NCBI GenBank assembly: GCA_950097015.1
Contig: CATNEN010000030.1
Span: 3,038,001 to 3,102,000, forward strand
Direction of reading: 5' to 3'
DNA: 64,000 nt
Source: Macrostomum hystrix
Lineage: Eukaryota; Animalia; Platyhelminthes
Part shown: in pieces, positions 58,158-64,000 of the stretch
How positions within the stretch are numbered: the stretch's first letter is position 1
How the letters are laid out: every line of letters begins with the position of its first letter
Notes under the pieces: model-generated
Told to the model about the DNA's origin: nothing
Seen by the model: only the letters and a program-made list of their open reading frames with translations
The model's database searches: none
Made by a program: the position numbers and the translations under genes

Positions 58158-61100
58158 GACCTAAATACCGATGATTGATGCAACCTAAATAATGATGATT
58201 GATGTAACTTAAATACTGATGATTGATGCAACCTAAATACTGATGATTGATGCAACTTAAATACTGATGATTGATGCAACCTAAATACCGATTATTGATG
58301 CAACCTAAATACTGATGATTGATGCAACCTAAATACTGATGATTGATGCAACCTAAATACTGATGATTGATGTAACCTAAATACTGATGATTGATGCAAC
58401 CTTAATACTGATGATTGATGCAACCTAAATACTGATGATTGATGTAACCTAAATACTGATGATTGATGCAACCTAAATACTGATGATTGATGTAACCTAA
58501 ATACCGATTCTTGATGTAACCTCAATACTGATGATTGATGTAACCTAAATACTGATGATTGATGCAACCTAAATACTGATGATTGATGCAACTTAAATAC
58601 TGATGATTGATGCAACCTAAATACCGATTATTGATGCAACCTAAATACTGATGATTGATGCAACCTAAATACTGATGATTGATGTAACCTAAATACTGAT
58701 GATTGATGCAACCTTAATACTGATGATTGATGCAACCTAAATACTGATGATTGATGTAATCTAAATACTGATGATTGATGCAACCTAAATACTGATGATT
58801 GATGCAACCTAAATACTGATGATTGATGTAACCTAAATACTGATGATTGATGCAACCTAAATACTGATGATTGATGCAACCTAAATACTGATGATTGATG
58901 CAACCTAAATACAGATGATTGATGCAACCTAAATACTGATGATTGATGCAACCTAAATACTGATGATTGATGCAACCTAAATACTGATGATTGATGTAAC
59001 CTAAATACCGATTCTTGATGTAACCTAAATACTGATGATTGATGCAACCTAAATAATGATGATTGATGCAACCTAAATACTGATGATTGATGCAACCTAA
59101 ATACTGATGATTGATGCAACCTAAATACTGATGATTGATGCAACCTAAATACTGATGATTGATGCAACGTAAATACTGATGATTGATGCAACCTTAATAC
59201 TGATGATTGATGTAACCTAAATACTGATGATTGATGCAACCTAAATACCGATTCTTGATGTAACCTAAATACTGATGATTGATGCAACCTAAATACTGAT
59301 GATTGATGCAACCTAAATACTGATGATTGATGTAACCTAAATACTGATGATTGATGCAACCTAAATACTGATGATTGATGCAACCTAAATACTGATTATT
59401 GATGCAACCTAAATACTGATGATTGATGCAACCTAAATACTGATGATTGATGCAACCTAAATACTGATGATTGATGCAACCTAAATACTGATGATTGATG
59501 TAACCTAAATACTGATGATTGATGCAACCTAAATACTGATGATTGATGTAACCTAAATACTGATGATTGATGTAACCTAAATACTGATGATTGATGCAAC
59601 CTAAATACTGATGATTGATGCAACCTAAATACTGATGATTGATGCAACCTAAATACTGATGATTGATGCAACCTTAAATACTGATGATTGATGCAACCTA
59701 AATACTGATGATTGATGCAACCTTAATACTGATGATTGATGCAACCTAAATACTGATGATTGATGCAACCTAAATACTGATGATTGATGCAACCTAAATA
59801 CTGATGATTGATGCAACCTAAATACTGATGATTGATGCAACCTAAATACTGATGATTGATGCAACCTAAATACTGATGATTGATGCAACCTAAATACTGA
59901 TGATTGATGCAACCTAAATACTGATGATTGATGCAACCTAAATACTGATGATTGATGCAACCTAAATACTGATGATTGATGCAACCTAAATACTGATGAT
60001 TGATGCAACCTAAATACTGATGATTGATGCAACCTAAATACTGATGATTGATGCAACCTAAATACTGATGATTGATGCAACCTAAATACTGATTATTGAT
60101 GCAACCTAAATACTGATGATTGATGCAACCTAAATACTGATGATTGATGCAACCTAAATACTGATGATTGATGCAACCTAAATACTGATGATTGATGCAA
60201 CCTAAATACTGATGATTGATGCAACCTAAATACTGATGATTGATGCAACCTAAATACTGATGATTGATGCAACCTAAATACTGATGATTGATGCAACCTA
60301 AATACTGATGATTGATGCAACCTAAATACTGATGATTGATGCAACCTAAATACTGATTATTGATGCAACCTAAATACTGATGATTGATGCAACCTAAATA
60401 CCGATGATTGATGCAACCTAAATACTGATGATTGATGCAACCTAAATACCGATGATTGATGCAACCTAAATACTGATGATTGATGCAACCTTAAATACTG
60501 ATGATTGATGCAACCTAAATACTGATGATTGATGCAACCTAAATACTGATGATTGATGCAACCTAAATACTGATGATTGATGCAACCTAAATACTGATGA
60601 TTGATGCAACCTAAATACTGATGATTGATGCAACCTTAAATACTGATGATTGATGCAACCTAAATACTGATGATTGATGCAACCTAAATACTGATGATTG
60701 ATGCAACCTAAATACTGATGATTGATGCAACCTAAATACTGATGATTGATGCAACCTAAATACTGATGATTGATGCAACCTAAATACTGATGATTGATGC
60801 AACCTTAATACTGATGATTGATGCAACCTAAATACTGATGATTGATGCAACCTAAATACTGATGATTGATGCAACCTAAATACTGATGATTGATGCAACC
60901 TAAATACTGATGATTGATGCAACCTAAATACTGATTATTGATGCAACCTAAATACTGATGATTGATGCAACCTAAATACTGATGATTGATGCAACCTAAA
61001 TAATGATGATTGATGCAACCTAAATACTGATGATTGATGCAACCTAAATACTGATGATTGATGCAACCTAAATACTGATGATTGATGCAACCTAAATACT

Positions 61101-61409
61101 GATGATTCTACTTCTAAATACTGATGATTGATGCAACCTAAATAATGATGATTGATGTAACTTAAATACCGATGATTGATGCAACCTAAATACCGATGAT
61201 TGATGCAACCTAAATACCGATGATTGATGCAACCTAAATACTGATGATTGATGCAACCTAAATACTGATGATTGATGCAACCTAAATACCGATGATTGAT
61301 GCAACCTAAATACTGATGATTGATGCAACCTAAATACAGATGATTGATGCAACCTAAATACAGATGATTGATGCAACCTAAATACTGATGATTCTACTTC
61401 TAAATACTG
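58158..61409. repeat. 24-bp satellite (GATGCAACCTAAATACTGATGATT), ~135 copies
   Basis: Directly visible. Confidence 0.96.
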
Positions 61410-61894
61410 CTGTACAAGTTAACATAACTGTGCGAGCCATGCAAATGCAGTGTCTAAAAGTCTAACATGCTACTTGTTCAATCGCAATTGAATAATCCGT
61501 TCAAATATGCTACACTGGATAATTAGGTTTATTTGGAGACTAGAAAAGGTTTTAACAAAATAAATTTGATACAAACATCACGGTATCTTTAACATCGAAA
61601 GCTTCTAGTGTTTCAGCTAGCTTCTAATTTGCCTACATCTTTAAGACGTTTTTTTATTCTTTTCGGAGGCACGCAATTTACAGGGTATTAAATTAGAGAA
61701 TATTAATCTTGTTGCGTGACGACTGGTGAAAATTTACTCATCAAATGTTTTATTTTCAATTAAAAACTGGAATAATAAAAAGATAAATTACTAATTAATC
61801 TCTCACCTTATTTGTTTTAACTCATAAATATGGCTACACACTATAGCAATAAAATTACGTTTTGCTGTAAAAATATAAAAGTATTAACAATTAA

Positions 61895-62158
61895 TAATGA
61901 TAATAATAATAATAATAATAGATTACACCAGCCCAACTCGGGTTAGAAGTGCAGCCGACAGCACAGCCGCAGCTATTGCGCGGCGCATCAGAAGGCTGCG
62001 TACAGCTGTTCAGTCCATGGACTGGGGGGACCCCCAATTACCTCAGCTGATGCTGGTTAAGTGTCTTGTTAAAAGACACAAATTGTTCCAGTGGAGTGTG
62101 GAATCGAACCATCGACCTTTAAGCCGTAAGTGCGATGCTCTAACCACTAGGCTACAAC
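61895..62158 (-). mobile_element. tRNA-derived SINE, copy 3, with (TTA)n tail
   Basis: Head GTTGTAGCCTAGTGGTTAGAGC and B box GGTTCGATTCC; 3' body nearly identical to copy 1; lacks part of the middle segment. Confidence 0.88.
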
Positions 62159-63347
62159 CTAAATAATAATAATAAACGTTGCCTATATTTACTAACATTA
62201 GTATAAATAAATAAAATAAAATAAACAATTTCTAGATTATCAGTTAAGAGATAGAAGTGATTGTTGAAAAATTTTTGGTCAACAAAATAAGTAAAAAACA
62301 TATTTTCAATGTTACTTCTTACAATTGTTTTTACTTGTATTGTTTCTAAAGTTCATTGCACATGACATTTTAAACTACGAATTAAACTGTAAGCCCAACA
62401 AAATCATCTAGCTGTACTTTTTCATGACTGCTTTACGATAACAGCCCTAAGCCATTAGAACTGTAACTGGACATTTTAACTGACCTTATAACAAATAATT
62501 AGGAAATAATCATTTGTGAGAGCTAGAGAATGGAGCATTTTTATTATTTATTAATAAGCAGCACACAATTCGCCTGACTAAGTCAATTCTTGACCAAAGT
62601 CTTATCTAAGTCCACTTATCGGCTAACAGAGTCAATAACAGAAGTCCTTCTTCGCTCCTATCTCACCTTGAATGTACCGTCAGTTAGCGAGATAGAGAAT
62701 GTAAAAAAAAAGAAATAGCGTGGCGATACGCACTACGAAGCGCGAAACGGTAAACACAGTTTGCCCTCATTTTTCTACCTTAGCCTCATAGCTGGAATGG
62801 CCAGTACGTGGGTGGTTTAGCACAGGTATATAGGAAGTCGCCTGCCTTAGCTTAGAAAGAGCACCTTGTAGAAGAAGCCGAGCAAACTAGAAGAAAACTG
62901 GGAAAGGAAATGAAGCAGGATAAGGCGTGATACAGACTGCGTGAATTATATAAAGCGCGGCGGATGCCGAACCCCGTCTGAAACCTCTAGCTACATAGGC
63001 AAGAATATACAACAGGGAGAGTAAGTCAATTGGACAGTTAGCTGGTAATCTATTAAAAAATGCCAAAATACAACATTGCAAGACAAGAGAATTGACTGAG
63101 TGCGTCAAATTTTACTGTACACGCTGTAAAAGCTGATGGGAGGATTCAACAGTGCGGCTGTACAACAGAATGGCCTGTTTTATAATGTAATGTTATAAAG
63201 TTGTTTTTCATGCTATACAATATATAGGCAGTGTGCGACAACTCATTGTGCTTTGCTCCTCTTTCTCTCTAGCGTGTTTTTCAACGCTCACTCGTGCTGG
63301 CCTGCCAGTCAACAGCAGCCACACAGGCTTGTTTACGCGCTTTCCTA

Positions 63348-63353
<6 letters not shown>

Positions 63354-63395
<42 letters not shown>
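63354..63395. repeat. (CT)21 microsatellite
   Basis: Directly visible. Confidence 0.95.
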
Positions 63396-63397
<2 letters not shown>

Positions 63398-64000
63398 AGC
63401 CATGAGCAAGCGGGTCCTGCTCTGGCCATAATGCAAAATTAGTTGTCTATCGCCCTGACTCGACATTCTTTCTTATTTTTCTATTTGCCAGTGCAAAAAC
63501 TCGAAATAGACTGGGTCTACAAACAAATAGAATTGCTAATTGTTGTTGAACTCTACCTTCAGCGGCTGATGCAGACTCTATGGCACTACAAAATTGCTGT
63601 TCGAGATGTTAGCAAGACTTTAGTAGCAGTGAGAATGGGACGCAAAGGGCTGGGAAGATATGAGGGGAGTAGCGTTGAGAGGATTGATAATTATAAGCCG
63701 ATAGGGATCGCGCGACAACTGGGACAACCAATCAGACTGCCGGGGTGGAAGGACAGGAAATGTTGAATGGAGAGGCTGAACACGATGCGCGCGCACCTAG
63801 CTGTGGAATTGTGGAATTATACAGAAAAAAGTAAACCTTTCCTCTCCTGTCTCAGAAGCTCATCAGCTCACGCGCGGCGGAGTCTCCGGGCGCCCCAGAG
63901 GCGGACACACAGAAAAGCCGCATCCGCAGAAAATCCCGGCCGAGCCAACACAGCAGTAGACGAAGCCAAAGTCTAAGCCGCTCGGCGAGCATAGTATATT

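Noticed and set aside
50847-61376. Many short [12 protein letters not shown] and HQSSVFRL ORFs
   Set aside because: Translations of the 42-bp and 24-bp satellites.
63443-64000. ORFs at the right edge
   Set aside because: No domain similarity or splice support; the region looks like promoter/UTR sequence truncated by the window.

Overview
Eukaryotic, intron-containing animal DNA. The gene set, the repeat-filled introns and the SINE style suggest a free-living flatworm such as Macrostomum, but that is inference. I reconstructed host genes by hand, with phase-consistent GT-AG exon chains for the five multi-exon ones: a 3-exon secreted group III (bee-venom-type) phospholipase A2 that the ORF track misses (-, 3622-7652), a secreted C-type-lectin-like protein (-), a 7-exon non-alpha nicotinic acetylcholine receptor subunit (+), myo-inositol oxygenase (-), a cytosolic sulfotransferase (+), two near-identical fax/FAXC (GST-metaxin fold) copies (-), an EF-hand-less NOX5-like NADPH oxidase core (+) and Akt/PKB (-). 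Mobile DNA comprises a deleted Ngaro/DIRS tyrosine-recombinase retroelement with a SAP-domain gag, two non-autonomous PIF/Harbinger elements, an IS630/Tc1-type element, a mariner, a hAT MITE and three copies of one tRNA-derived SINE. About 27 kb (roughly 40%, hand estimate) is tandem repeat, and all long low-complexity ORFs in the track are artefacts of these arrays. Four observations stand out. (i) A 3' splice-acceptor-like AG lies 1-13 nt before the ATG in 7 of the 8 ATG-bearing host genes, and two ATG-less ORFs open exactly after an in-frame TAG acceptor, which fits spliced-leader trans-splicing with a leader-supplied AUG. (ii) Two arrays have a visible origin: one from an 85-bp segment of a transposon TIR, one from the A-box head of a SINE. 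(iii) 11 of 15 introns carry their own minisatellite. (iv) The NOX has atypical NADPH-domain motifs.
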